DNA of 64,000 bases from Chiloscyllium plagiosum (Eukaryota), in the NCBI RefSeq assembly GCF_004010195.1, contig NC_057734.1, forward strand, positions 44,291,606-44,355,605, in the 5' to 3' direction. A model generated the notes under the pieces. It made no database searches. It saw only the letters and a list, made by a program, of their open reading frames with translations, and was not told the origin of the DNA. This document shows, piece by piece, positions 1 through 12,530 of this stretch (its first letter is position 1; the number at the start of each line of letters is the position of its first letter). The position numbers and the translations under genes are program-made.

Positions 1-785
1 CAATCGAATAACGAACGTTTGGTTTAATTGCTATAACAGGATAATGGTGCATTCTATATAGTGCCAATAATCTGTGTTGATCTGACTTGAAATGTGTGCG
101 TCCTCGAAATGCGAATATTGCTTTCAATCACAACAAACTATATTGTATTAAAGCAATAGGCTGAGGTCATGGGCTCGAGTTCCACCGCTGCATATGGTGG
201 AATTTGAATTCGATTAGTAATGAAAATCTGGAAATGAAAGCAGGCTAATCTAATGACATCAATGTAGTCGTCACCGATATTTTTTAAAAAATTACTTCAT
301 TCATTAATGTCCTTTATGGATGGCAGCTCTGCTATCCTGAACAGGTCTGGGCCACATGTGATTCCACATCTACATAAATAGTTAACTTTTAAATGCCATC
401 TAAAATGTTCTAATAAGCAATTCGGATGCAAATGATCCCTACAAAGTCTGCTAAAAGGAATGAAACTGGACTGAGCTCCCAGCAATTACCTAGGCACGAG
501 AACCGGTAACAACGTACACCACAAAATTCCTTAATAATATGTTTTATTCATTCACGTGCATAGGCGTTGCTGATTGGGCCAGCATTCCTCGCCCATCCCT
601 AGTGGCTCTCATAAAGGTCTTAATGAGCTGTCTTCTTGAACTGCTGTAGCCCATCAATTGTTTGTAGACCACGATGTTATTCGGGAGGGACTTCCAGGAT
701 TTTGAACCAGTTACAGTGAATGAATAGCAGTGGTTTTCCAAGTCAGGTTTGTGGGTTACTTTGAGAAGAGCTTGCAGGTGGTGGT

Positions 786-1014
786 TGAAATGACTCCACT
801 AAAGCCGATATCCTGTCACTAAGCCACCTTTTATTTATACGTACATGATACTGACCTAGCTAGCTCAAAGCCGGCACCAGGAGTAACCAGAACACTTGAC
901 GCTCCTGTTAATATCTGTCAACCAGGATTCCCTGATTAGACTAGGATAACAGCCCCAGTCAGGGAACTCAAATTCTATGAGGTTCACCTGGCTTACCTCG
1001 TTCCAATCACTACA
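786..1014 (-). mobile_element. Short solo LTR, also present at 48137-48372
   Basis: TG...CA ends, 5-bp TSD GTGGT/ATGGT, interrupts an old LINE fragment at the same site in both duplicate copies. Confidence 0.6.
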
Positions 1015-2038
1015 ATGGTATTCTCATGCATTTGCAGTCCTTGTTCTTCTGAATGGAAGTGATAAAACCAGAAGTTGGACGAAAAGCCGTACAGGCCCAG
1101 GTTCTGAGGAAACGTCACCAGACCTGAGACGTTAACTCTGATTTCTCTTCACACATGCCGCCAGACCTGCTGAGCTTTTCCAGCAATTTCTGCTTTTGTT
1201 TCTGTTTTGCATCATCTGCAGTTCTTTTGGTTTTTAGATCCTGGATTTGGAAACTGCTGTCATAGGATCTTTGGCGAATTTGTCCAGTGCATCTTGTAGA
1301 TAGTGGACACTGCTGCTACTAATCGTTGGTTGTGGAGGGAATGTTGGTTTTGGACGTGGTACAAATCAATCGGATTGTTTTGATCTGGTTGGTATTAAGA
1401 CATTTGAATGTTGTTGGAGCTGCACTCGTCCAGGCAAATGTTAAGTACTTTTTATCACATTTCTGGTTTATACCTTGCAGAAGGTGAGCGTCAGGAGGCG
1501 AGTTCTGCCACGGTATTCCTGGACTCTGACCTTTTCTTACAACCATTGCATTTATATTACAACTCCAAATGTATTTCTGGTCAATAGTAACCACGAGGAT
1601 GTTGAAAGTGTGGGATTCTATGATGATAACGCCATTGAATGTTAAGGGGTGATGGTTGTAACTTCTCATTTTGGAGATGGTCACTGCCTACTACTTGCCA
1701 GCCAAGAATTAACAAAATTTTACAGCCAGTTTAATTATAGCTAACAAATATTTCCCCGGTCTTATTGCATTTGGACATGGAATGCTGCAATATCTGTAGA
1801 ACTGTAAATGGTGCTGAATGTTGTTTAATAGTCAGTGAACATTCTGACATCTGATTTTAATGAAGTGGGAGGATCATTGATGAAGCAGTTGAGAATGGTT
1901 AGGCCTCGGGCACTTCCCTAAATAACTCCTTCAGAGATGTCCCGGATATGTGATAAATGACCTTTAACAAACACAACCACTTTCCTGTGTGCTAGGTCAG
2001 ATTCCAACCAGCGATGCAAATTTTCCTCTAATTCCCAT

Positions 2039-5000
2039 TGTGATAATGCTGCTCCTTCAACAAGGCTATGTTGTCCTTTTTATCAGGAGGTCGTAAAAGC
2101 ATAGGTTCCAAAAAGTAGAGTTTTACAGCCACTTTGATTATAGCAAACCAATACTGTCTCAGGCTTTCAAATTTTTGAAAAAAACTTATACATGAAAGAG
2201 GAGTGGCCTGTTCTCCTGGCTCACCTTTACTCTAGTATGGGTTGTCAGCAAGCAGTAGAATTGAAAACGCTGCTGGACCCAAAGAAGGAGCTACAAGCTG
2301 GCCCTCCTCTCTCTCGGACATCTCTCCTGTAAGACCGTGTGTTTGATTTTACATGTTGTGTCAAGGGCTGTTTATGGGGATTGTTGCAAATGTTTGAAGC
2401 AACAGCATTATGTTGGGCTAGTCTGCTGGGTTTTCCAGTATGTTAAATTATTCGGTATTCTGTTCTCTTCTGTTTGTGTTTCATTTGGTAATCTTGAAGT
2501 GGAATTAACAGACAACCTGTTTGATCAGATCGTGTTGACAAACCAGGAGCAAATAAATGACACACCAGGTATCTTTAGCTCAGAAAACTTTACTGAGTCA
2601 CAGCAGAAAGATGAAAATTTAAAGCAAATGCATCAAATGTCACACACAGAAAAATAATCTGAATGTATCCCTGAATGTCATGCTCTTAAAAATGATGTCG
2701 TAATGAGGAAATGGAGACCATCACATATTCAGGCAGATGGGAAATGGGCAGACGTTCATCAAGTTGTATTACCAATGGGTTATAGAACAGAGATGTCTCG
2801 AGTTGTGCATGAGCTAACACTAGGGGGCCATTTACGAGTGAGCAAAGCTCAAGCTACAATGCAAACGCATTTTTGCTGGCCTGGACTGAACAATGATTAA
2901 GTGGAGCGGGGGATTTGGCTAGACAGCATTTAAAAGTATCACAGCATACAATGAAACAGGAAGCAGACAGAAAACAAAAACTCACAATTTTGCTATCGTG
3001 AATGAGGTGTTAATGTTACTTCCAGTGATAGGTGAACCTTTACAAGCAAAGTTTAATTGATCTTATCAAGTCGAAAGGAAAGTCAGTGACATGAGCTACC
3101 TGATAAGGACTCCGGGCAGAACGAAATCTCAGAGAGTGTACCGTGTGATTGTGCTCAAAAGGTATTATGGCAGGGAAGGAAAGCCAAAAGAAACTGTTAT
3201 TGGTTACAACACGGAGAGAAGAACCAAATTCAAAGGATTCTGAATAGGACATTCCTCAAATTTGACAATGAAGAAGTTGTCAAAAATTGGGATAAATTAT
3301 TGAGTTACCTTCCACAGGAAAATCGGAATGACCTAAAAGAGTTATTACTATCACATGAGGAGGCATGTGGAAATTAGCTGGGATACACTTACCTAATTAT
3401 GCATGATATAGATATAGGAGATGCTGTCCCGATTAAGCATCATCCTTATAGACATAATCTTTAAAGTTAGCACAAGTTCAAAAGGAGATTGAACGCATGC
3501 TCCAAGACAACATAATCAATGTGAGTTACAGTGACTGGAGCTCACCCATAGCAATGATGCTGAACCCAGATGGTACCTAACGGTTCTGTGTGGACTATTG
3601 CAAAATGAACTAAGTTACAAAAGCTGATGTCTGTCAGATTCCACGTTTGGAAGACTGTGTTGAAAAGGACAAGCAACTAAGTTGGACTTACCCAAAGGAT
3701 ACTGGCAGGCACTTTTGTTTGAAAAAGTGAAGGCAAGTTTGGCTTTCATAACGCTGAATGGATTGTATCAGTTTAAAGTCATGCCTTTTGGCGTGAAAAG
3801 ATGTGCCAGCCACATTTCGGAGACTAACCAATAAGGTCATTGTTGGATTACCCTACATATTGATGACCTGGTGATTTTTAATCACGCATGGAAGGAACAA
3901 TTGCAACATTTATCATCGTTGTTCGATGGACTTTGGAAGGCAGGCTTGGTGATAAACCTGGCTAAAAGTGAATTTGCCAAGCTCAAGTCACCTTCCTGTG
4001 TGGTGTTATTGGATAAATGGCTCCCTGGTATGCCAAAACAATGGTAATTGGGGAGTTTCCCATGTCATCGACAATAAAAGCAGTACTACAATTCCTGGGA
4101 TTGAATGGATTTTATCGAATAGTTATGCCAAGTTTTAGCAGTGTTGCTGCTCCATTCACTGAATTGCTAAGGAAAGACAAGAAGTTCCAATTGCCAGCAT
4201 ACTGACAGAGGCCTATTGACACATTTGAAAGCTGTGTTAACCACTGCCGCAGTATTAGCCACACAGAATTACACAAAGCCATTCAAGGTGGCTATTGATG
4301 CAAGTGATGTGGGTGTCAGTGCTGTTCTCTTGCAAGGAGATGACGAGAAGATGGAAAGATCTATTGGGTGTGTCTCCAGGAAATTGAATATTCATCAGCA
4401 GAAATATTCGACAGTTGAGAAGGAGTATTTGAGCTTAGTGTTAGTGTTATGACATTTCGATGTTTATGTTATCAGCAACATATCTGAGACAATCATATAC
4501 ACTGATCATAACCCATTGAAGTTTGTGGAGAAATTTAAGAACAAAAATTCCAGACTGTTTAGATGGGGCTTGTTGTTACAGCCATTCAATTTGAAAGTTG
4601 TACATATAGCAGGACAAGAAAATGTGATTGCTGATGCATTTTCAAGACTTGAATTAGAAACAGAGACGTTTGGTGGCAGGAGTAAAACAGACTGAAACAG
4701 AATGTAATAGTGCATGTTTGCATGTTTATAGTCAATGACATGTATGCATACGTTATAGAGTACTAACAGTTTAGGACTAACGGGATTTAAAATGAAGCCA
4801 TCTTTGGGTATTGATGGCCCATTTTTTAAAGGGGGGAGATGTGATGATGATGGCGCTCCTTTAAAATGGTGGCCAGTTATCCTATTTTAGCTTTGCCCTG
4901 GTTAGGGTGGTTAGCAAGAAGTAGAGTTGGAAGAGCTGTTGGACCGAAAAAAGCAGGTCCAAGCCGATCCTCCTCTCTCTGACATCTCCTCTGTAAGGCC

Positions 5001-7003
5001 CTGTACTTGATTTTACCTTTTGTGCAAAGGCGTGTTTATGGGGATTGTTGTAAGTCTTGGGAACAACATCATTAAATTGGGATAGTCTGCTGGATTTTTG
5101 GATAGGTTATGTTAGTCAGTATTATGTTCTCTTTTGTTTGGTTTCATTCGGTAAACTTAGAATAGCTTACTTTTTATTTGTCATTTCTACCATGTACAAC
5201 TGACACAGTAAAACGGGGCAGCTACATGGACAGCACAAACTATACATTCGTACGTGGCATGAAGTGCATAAGAAGTGCAAAACACGTAATGTACAGTGTA
5301 ATAGTAGAATGATAAATAATAGACATTTTTCTTGCAGCAGTTCGAAGTCGTGCAAAGAATTTTAGATGGGAAAGAGTCCGATTATACCGTGTTAAGGAGC
5401 CTGATGGCTTGGGGGAAGAAACTGCTGCACAGTCTGGCTGTGAGAGACTGAATGTTCTGGTATTTTCTGTCAGACGGCAGGAGAGGGAAGAGTTTGGATG
5501 AGGAGTGTGTGAGGTCTTCCACAATGCTCTTAGCCTTTTGGATGCAGGATTTGGTGTAAATGTCTGCAATGGAGGAAGAGAGATCCCAATGATCTTCTCA
5601 GCTGTCCTCACTATCTGTTGTAGAGTCTTATGATTTGAAATGGTGCAATTCCCGAATCAGGCAGTCATGCAGTAGCTCAAGAGTCTCTCAATGAAGTCTC
5701 TGTAGAATGTAATGAGGATGGGGGTTTGGGAACTGGGCTTTCCTCAGCCTGTATAGAAAGCAGAGACGCTGCTGGGATTTTTTGGTTGTGGAGCTGCTGT
5801 TAAGAGTCCAGGTGAGATTCTCCGCCAGATGTACACCAAGGAATTTCGTGCTCTTCATGATCTCCACGGGAGAGTCATCGATGTCTAGCAGAGAGTAGTT
5901 TCGCTGTGCACTCCTGTCAACAACCATGTCTTTCGTCTTTCAGTGGTTGCTGGCTGTGCACCAGTCCATTAGCGACTGCACCTCCTCGGTTTGCTGACTC
6001 ATCATTCATGCTGATGAGACCCTCCACAGTGACATTATCAGCGAACTTGATGATGTGATTCGACCTGTGCATCATTGCAAAGTCTTGTGTCAGCAGGGTG
6101 AACAGCAGTGGACTGAGCTGGAGGGCCCCGTGCTCAGTGTGATGATATTGGAGATGGTGTTCCCAATCCGGTCCGACTGTGGTCTCCCAATAAGGAAGTC
6201 CAGTTACAAAGGGAGGTATATAGGCCCAGCAGACTCAGCTTTCCAATCAGGTGCTGAAGAATGATGCAGAACTGAAGTCTCTGCTCTGACATCTCCTCTG
6301 TAAGGCCCTGTACTTGATTTTACCTTTTGTGCAAAGGCGTGTTTATGGGGATTGTTGTAAGTCTTGGGAACAACATCATTAAATTGGGATAGTCTGCTGG
6401 ATTTTTGGATAGGTTATGTTATCTGTAATGCACCTCCTCGGTTTGCTGACTCATCATTCATGCTGATGAGACCCTCCACAGTGACATCATCAGCGAACTT
6501 GATGATGTGATTCGACCTGTGCATCATTGCACAGTCTTGTGTCAGCAGGGTGAACAGCAGTGGACTGAGCACCCAGCCCTGGAGGGCCCCGTGCTCAGTG
6601 TGATGATATTGGAAATGGTGTTCCCAATCCGGTCCGACTGTGGTCTCCCAATAAGGAAGTCCAGGATCCAGTTACAAAGGGAGGTATATAGGCCCAGCAG
6701 ACTCAGCTTTCCAATCAGGTGCTGAAGAATGATGCAGAACTGAAGTCTCTGAATAGTAGCCTGATGTTCCTGTTCTTCTTCTCCAAGTGGGCGAGGGCCG
6801 AATGGAGGGTGGTGGAAATAGCATCTTCAGTTGAGCGGTTTAGCCGACACACGAACTGCAAGGTGTTCAGTTTTGTTTAAAAATTTGGTTTTGTTTAAAA
6901 ATAGGTGGTTTTACCAGCTGCATCACTCCTGGATATCCGTGTTACACCTGCATAACCCAACTCGCAAAGTTAGGGTCTGGGCTACTTTTTGAGAGGGTTA
7001 ACA
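2039..7003 (+). mobile_element. Degenerate Gmr1-like (Gypsy group) LTR retrotransposon, domain order IN-RT-RH
   Basis: LTRs 2039-~2495 and 4840-7003 (interrupted); TG..CA ends, TSD CCAT, PPT AAAGGGGGGAGA before 4840; integrase Zn-binding region GGHL..HFCWPGL at 2703-2900 precedes RT motifs (WSSPI, RFCVDY, KGYWQ, MPFG, IDDLV) and RNase H (DASDVGV, YSTVEKE, NVIADAFSR). Confidence 0.88.
5168..6870 (-). mobile_element. Rex1/Babar-type LINE 3' part inserted in the 3' LTR, with internal rearrangement
   Basis: Minus-strand peptides KFLGVHLAENLTW..KKSQQRL..RLRKA and RTAEKIIGISLP. Confidence 0.75.
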
Positions 7004-8892
7004 CCATTAACTCCAGTTTTGCTACAGCTCATTGGCAAGAAACTCAATGAAATGCGGCCTTGATGTTAATAGCTGTCATTCTCACCTCAATTTTGAAATT
7101 CGGCTTCTTGTCCATATTTGAACCAAAGTTGTAATGAGGTCAGGAGCTGAGTTAATCTGGCAATTAAACAGGGCGTGTTCGTGAGCAGCTTATTGCTAAG
7201 CAAGTGCTGCCTGATAGCACTGTTGGTGACACCTTCTATCATTTCACTGATGATCAATAGGAAACTGATGAAGTGGTAATTGACCAGGATAGTATTCGTC
7301 CTGATTTTTATGTAGAGGACATACCTGGGCAATTGTCCACATTGCTGAGTAAAAGCTACTCTTGTAGCTGTACTGTAATAGGTTGACTAAAGGTACGACA
7401 AGTTCTGGAGTACAAGTCTTCAGCACAATTGCCTGAATGATCTCAGGGCCAATTGCCTTTGCAGTACCCAGTGTCTCCATCAGTTTCATGATATCACGTG
7501 GAGTGAATCAAATTGGCTGAAATCTGGCATCTGTGATTCTGTGACCTCGAAAGAAGGCCGAGATAGATAATCCACTTAGCACTCTCAGATGAAGGTTGTT
7601 ACGAATGCTTCAGCATAATGAATTACACTAATGTGTTGGACTGTTCAATAAGTGAAGATGGGATAGTTGTTGAGTCTCCACCTCAATGAGTTATTTAATT
7701 GTCTACTATTATTGACAACTGGATGTGGCTTGAGTGCACAGCTTACACCTGAACCATTGATTGTGAGATCACTTAGCTCTGTCTATCACTTGCAGCTTAT
7801 GCTGTTTGTCAATCAATTAGTCCTGACTTGGAGCATCATTGGGTTGACACCTCATTTTGAGGTATTGTGATTTGCTCCTGCCATGCCGTACTGCAATCTT
7901 CATTGAGTGGAGGCTCGTGCCAAATGTAAGAGATCTGAAGTACTTCGGTAAAACAACAGCCTGGCCAGGTCAGTCTCATGGATCATATTAATCAGATAAC
8001 ATCCTGCATACTACCATTTTCTGGTATGTCATGTCCTACCAATAATTGCAGCCGAGGTGATGGTACCACATAGTATCCAGTCAGGAGGGAGTTGCTCTTA
8101 ACAATATTAACAGTTGTTTAAGTCTTTAACAGTTAGTTCTAATTCCATGAAATCTCATGACATCATGTAAACGATGTGCAAGGCAATCTCCTGTTAATTC
8201 TCTTGTAGCCTTTCTCATCTATCCCCACCATGAATCAATTAGCCCCCATTTTGACTTCATTTAGATGATGTATTGAATGTGGCAAAGGCACAGAATGGAC
8301 TCATGCTGGGCTGCTTTAATATTACTAACCAGAAGTGGATCTGTGGCTCCACTGTTGCTTCAGCTGGCCAAGTCCTATAGGATGTAACTGGTAGACTAGG
8401 TCTGTTGCAGGTGGTCAGGGAACTAAGAAGAGAGAAACACGTATAGATCCCATTGTCAACACTTTACCTTTAACTGATATCAGTCCGCAACAACTTTTAT
8501 AAGAGATGCAGTCCTTGTGAAATCGATGCAACCCTTTATGCTAAGGATACCATTTACCCTGTTATATGAACCAACAAATGTGATTAAATGGTATTAGTTT
8601 TGATTTACTAACTCAAGACTGAGCATCCGTGTGTCTGTATGTGCCATGAGAAGCAGCAGAATTATATTCAATCAGAATCAGTAATGTGATTGATAGCAGT
8701 TTGACTCAGCATATCTCCTTTACTCCGAACAATATCAAGTCAGGAGATCAACTCTCACATAATCAGAATTCAACAGAGCCAAAGCAAGCACCTTACCTAA
8801 AGAAAAGGTATCAACGTAACCAAACCACTGCACAAGACGGCGTTCATGCCACGTATTGTAGGAAACACGTGATTGACAGAACTAAACAATAT

Positions 8893-9100
8893 AGGCGAAA
8901 GTGAGGACTGCAGATGTTGGAGATCAGAGCTAAAAGTGTGTTGCTGGAAAAGCGCAGCAGGTCAGGCAGCATCCAAGGAGCAGGAGAATCGACGTTTCGG
9001 GCATGAGCCCTTCTTCAGGAAGGGCTCATGCCCGAAACGTCGATTCTCCTGCTCCTTGGATGCTGCCTGACCTGCTGCGCTTTTCCAGCAACACATTTTT
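8893..9100. mobile_element. Penelope-derived fold-back mini-element
   Basis: 77-bp perfect inverted repeat (8937-9013/9019-9095); 15-bp TSD AGAACTAAACAATAT; empty site in the paralog near 57700. Confidence 0.85.
8989..9020 (-). ncRNA. Minimal hammerhead ribozyme motif at the hairpin apex
   Basis: TC-CTGAAGA-A-GGGC-TCAT-GCCC-GAA-ACGT-C-GA. Confidence 0.55.
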
Positions 9101-10398
9101 AGAACTAAACAATATCCCAACTAACTGAGCAAATCTAAGCTCTGAAATCCAGACATATCTAGTCCTGAATGATTTTCGACAGCTAAACAACTAACTGGAG
9201 GATGTCAGACCATAAATAGCCCCACCTTTAGCCGAGGCTGATCAGTGTAAATTAATATGGCAATGCATCTCTCATCAAAAGTATTAAGTTGACAGTCAAT
9301 CTCAGTCTCATTCTGAGGCTCTTAGCGTCACAGATGATAGTCATCCGTCAATTTTATTTACTTTGCGTGAGATCAAATAATCGATCATTGTCACATGTCC
9401 CCAAAGGGTTAACTGAAAAGTTTATAAGTGGCCACTTACAACGCTATGTCAGGTACAAGGATACATAGTTACAATCCCCATTTACAGATTAGAGAAGAAA
9501 ACAAAGTTACATTATAGCTGTACAGTGTGATAATAGGCCAGGAAAAAAAAGCAAGAGAAAAAGTTCGAAAGACAAACATCACAGTTGCCCTTCGAAGGCT
9601 CTCCGCAGCAGTCCAATGCAGGGGGCCTCCAAGTGGTTTGACTGCTGGCTGCTGACAGGCTCCACACTGGGCCACTATCTCCACTCGGCACTGAGCCGCT
9701 GGTCACTAGCGTCCCCATTCTGCCTGCTGGTCGCCGGCGTTCCCGTTCCTTCCGCTGGAGTCTCAGCTGCCCCCGCTTTGTAAGCAGGGAGTCGGAGGCC
9801 GAGTGACCAAGACTGAGAGAAGGGAGAACAGGGGGAGAAAAAATGAAAAAGAATGTGTGGAGCGGGAGAGCTCCGGCTGGAGATTCCTACTCCTCCGCTA
9901 TTTTACTGTTTGGCTGAAAGAACTGGATACAGGAAAGTCAATTGGCTTTGAGAATATTCCGACAATAGTATGTTTTTAAAACTAATACCGACCCTATCCC
10001 AGGGCACGCTGTTCTAGTATAGCTGGAACAACGGAATTTACCGCACAATGTGCCCAACTGTAGCTTGCGTGCTCAAAGTAGACATATACAACATGGGCAA
10101 TTAGAGTCCATCAATAAACTCTTAGCCATTGGCAAACTGATGGAATGTGCCTAGATAAAGCCATGAAGAAACATTTTTTTCAAGATGAACCAGGTGACTG
10201 ACGTTCATTTTGGGTTCCAGCAGGCCAACCCAGTACGTAAAGTCATTTACAGCCTTTGTCCAAGCGTTGACGTTTTGTGAACACAACATCACAGAGAATG
10301 ATTGTGCTTGACATTAAAGCGAAATCTGACCAAGTGAGGCTTGAGGAACACAAACTCAGGGTCAATCAGAGTCAGGATAAAAGGCTGGATAAACTATG

Positions 10399-10854
10399 CT
10401 GTGGTTCTGTTCGCCGAGCTGGAAGTTTTTGTTGCAAACGTTTCGTCCCCTGTCTAGGTGACATCCTCAGTGCTTGGGAGCCTCCTGTGAAGCGCTTCTG
10501 TGGTGTTTCCTCCGGCATTTATAGTGGCCTGTCCCTGCCGCTTCCGGTTGTCAGTTTCAGCTGTCCGCTGTAGTGGCCGGTATATTGGGTCCAGGTCGAT
10601 GTGTTTGTTGATGGAGTTTGTGCATGAGTGCCATGCTTCTAGGAATTCCCTGGCTGTTCTTTGTTTCGCTTGCCCTATAATGGTAGTGTTGTCCCTGTCA
10701 AATTCATGTTGCTTGTCGTCTGCGTGTGTGGCTACTAGGGATAGCTGGTCGTGTCGTTTCGTGGCTAGTTAATGTTCGTGGATGCGGATCCTTAGCTGTC
10801 TTCCTGTTTGTCCTATATAGTGTTTTGTGCAGTCCTTGCATGGGATTTTGTACA
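10399..10854 (-). mobile_element. Penelope-like element 3' fragment (GIY-YIG endonuclease plus hammerhead-bearing terminus)
   Basis: YKIPCKDCTKHYIGQTGRQLRIRIHEH; 14-bp TSD CTGGATAAACTATG (10385-98, 10855-68). Confidence 0.88.
10434..10473 (-). ncRNA. Minimal type-I hammerhead ribozyme motif
   Basis: GCA-CTGAGGA-T-GTCACCT-AGAC-AGGGGAC-GAA-ACGT-T-TGC: intact core, 6 of 7 bp stem II, palindromic helix III, 3-bp stem I. Confidence 0.7.
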
Positions 10855-10880
10855 CTGGATAAACTATGTTAAATGACAGA

Positions 10881-11293
10881 GGAGAAAGTGAGGGCTGCAG
10901 ACGCTGGCGAGTCAGAAGCAAAAAGTGTGGTGCTGGAAAAGCACAACAGGTCAGACACCATCCGAGGAGAAGGACAGTCAATGTTTCTGGCATAAACCTT
11001 TCCTCAGGAATGTTGAAGGTGTGAGGGAAGGGTGTTGAGACATATATGGTGGTGGGAGGAGGCTGAGAAATGGAGGAGGATAACTTCTTCATAGTGGGAA
11101 TCCTTGGAAGAGGCTTCGCAGTCAGGTTTTCAGCAACTAGGAGGAAGTGAGGACTGCAGATGCTGGAGAGTTAAAGTCAAAAACGCACTTGTCCCTCCAC
11201 ATTCCTGATGAAGGGCTTATGCCCGAACCGTCGACTCACCTGCTTTCTGGATGCTGCCTGACCAGCTATGCTTTTCCAGCACCACACGTTTTG
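10881..11293. mobile_element. Internally deleted Penelope-type element with inverted termini and a degenerate hammerhead (11205-11232)
   Basis: GAAAGTGAGG(G/A)CTGCAGA termini; CTGATGAAGGGCTTATGCCCGAAC; about 17-bp TSD at 10863-79 and 11294-310. Confidence 0.7.
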
Positions 11294-12319
11294 ACTATGT
11301 TAACTAACAGAATCAACAGATCGAGTCCAAGGTATGAGTTGTGCTCCTCCTGTGCAGCCATAACCCTGTCTGCCTCCCTGTGACTGAGCACACTATGACC
11401 TACATACCACTGTTTGCTATGATCTGCCTGTACTGATCGCAGAACAAAAGATTTTCACTGCGCTAGGTGCCTGTGTCGACAAAAAAAATCAAAGCAAATC
11501 AAATATTTTAACTAATGCATGCAAGGAGGTGTTCAATTACACTCCCATGACTCGCAAATAGTTGTGGCTTTGGTTCACAAAATACCGTTACACGTGCCAT
11601 TCAGGACGAAAAATCTACCTTTCATTAGCTTCGTATACTTCACATGTTCTAACTGCCAACTAAATGCTTAATGTTAGTTGTTCATGAACCCAAACAGTTT
11701 TAAAAAATACAACCTTGTTATAGTTAAGCGCGGTAGATTTATTTAAAGCTAAATTCTACCTAAAAACATTGGAAAGTTAACATATTTTCCTAATGAAATT
11801 ACATTGCACTTAAAATGACTAAATTTATAATTAGCTATTCCTAAAAGGTATGTAATGTTCTGACTGGTCCGAAAGTACAAGTGTAACCAGTTTTCGGGAC
11901 TTAAACTAAGATTTAGCTCAGATATATCCTGATCCTTTGCTAAAGGTTTATTGGCTCGTACTGACATGGTTTCGAGTTGTGTCATGAAATCATTCAGGGA
12001 CTCCCGCTATCTTTGGGAGTCCGACGTACCTGAATTGCACCTCATCTTAACAAATTACAGACTTAGAGTGGGTTTTCCTTTTTTGCTGACAGGTTATCAA
12101 AGAGGAAATAAGGTTATTCTTTCTGCCTTCCATTTCCTGCTTTCAGACATATGTCCGAGATGATATTCAGTGTTTCTCTCAACAAGTTTCCACACTGCCA
12201 CTATTCTTATTCACCCTTTTCATCCATGTTGTCCCTTATATAGTGGGCTGTTTTTGTCTTTCATTTTATTTCACCCTTCAAGGGGAAACATCTCCACTGG
12301 CTGTAATTATGCTGAGCAT

Positions 12320-12530
12320 AACGAAGATAGTCGCAGTTGTTGAAGGTCAGTCATCTCAACCATAGGATGTCATTGCAGGAGTACCTGAGGATTCTGTCCT
12401 GGGTCCATTCATCCTCAGCTACTTGATAAATGATCTGCCCTCCATCATAATGATCAAATAATGTGCAACGTCATTCCAGTCAATATCAAAACAGACTACA
12501 CACATACACAGTAAGCCGGATAACATTCCA
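12320..12530 (+). mobile_element. Old CR1-type RT fragment at the expected position of the psi1 leader/promoter
   Basis: AGVPEDSVLGP..INDLPS motif. Confidence 0.7.

Larger units (their letters stand above)
2..9180 (+). repeat. Segmental duplication copy A (paralogous to 47355-57780)
   Basis: Colinear, moderately diverged: 2-2038 vs 47355-49339; 7004-7290 vs 50130-50420; 7293-9180 vs 55577-57780; shared nested insertions. Confidence 0.92.

Noticed and set aside
426-433. Isolated ATGCAAAT octamers (also near 2014, 27094, 38254, 47782)
   Set aside because: Inside decayed repeats, not near a leader; chance occurrence is expected in AT-rich DNA
12507-12516. CACA|GTAAGC resembling the leader splice donor for psi1
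   Set aside because: Lies within CR1-derived sequence with no upstream ATG or hydrophobic leader
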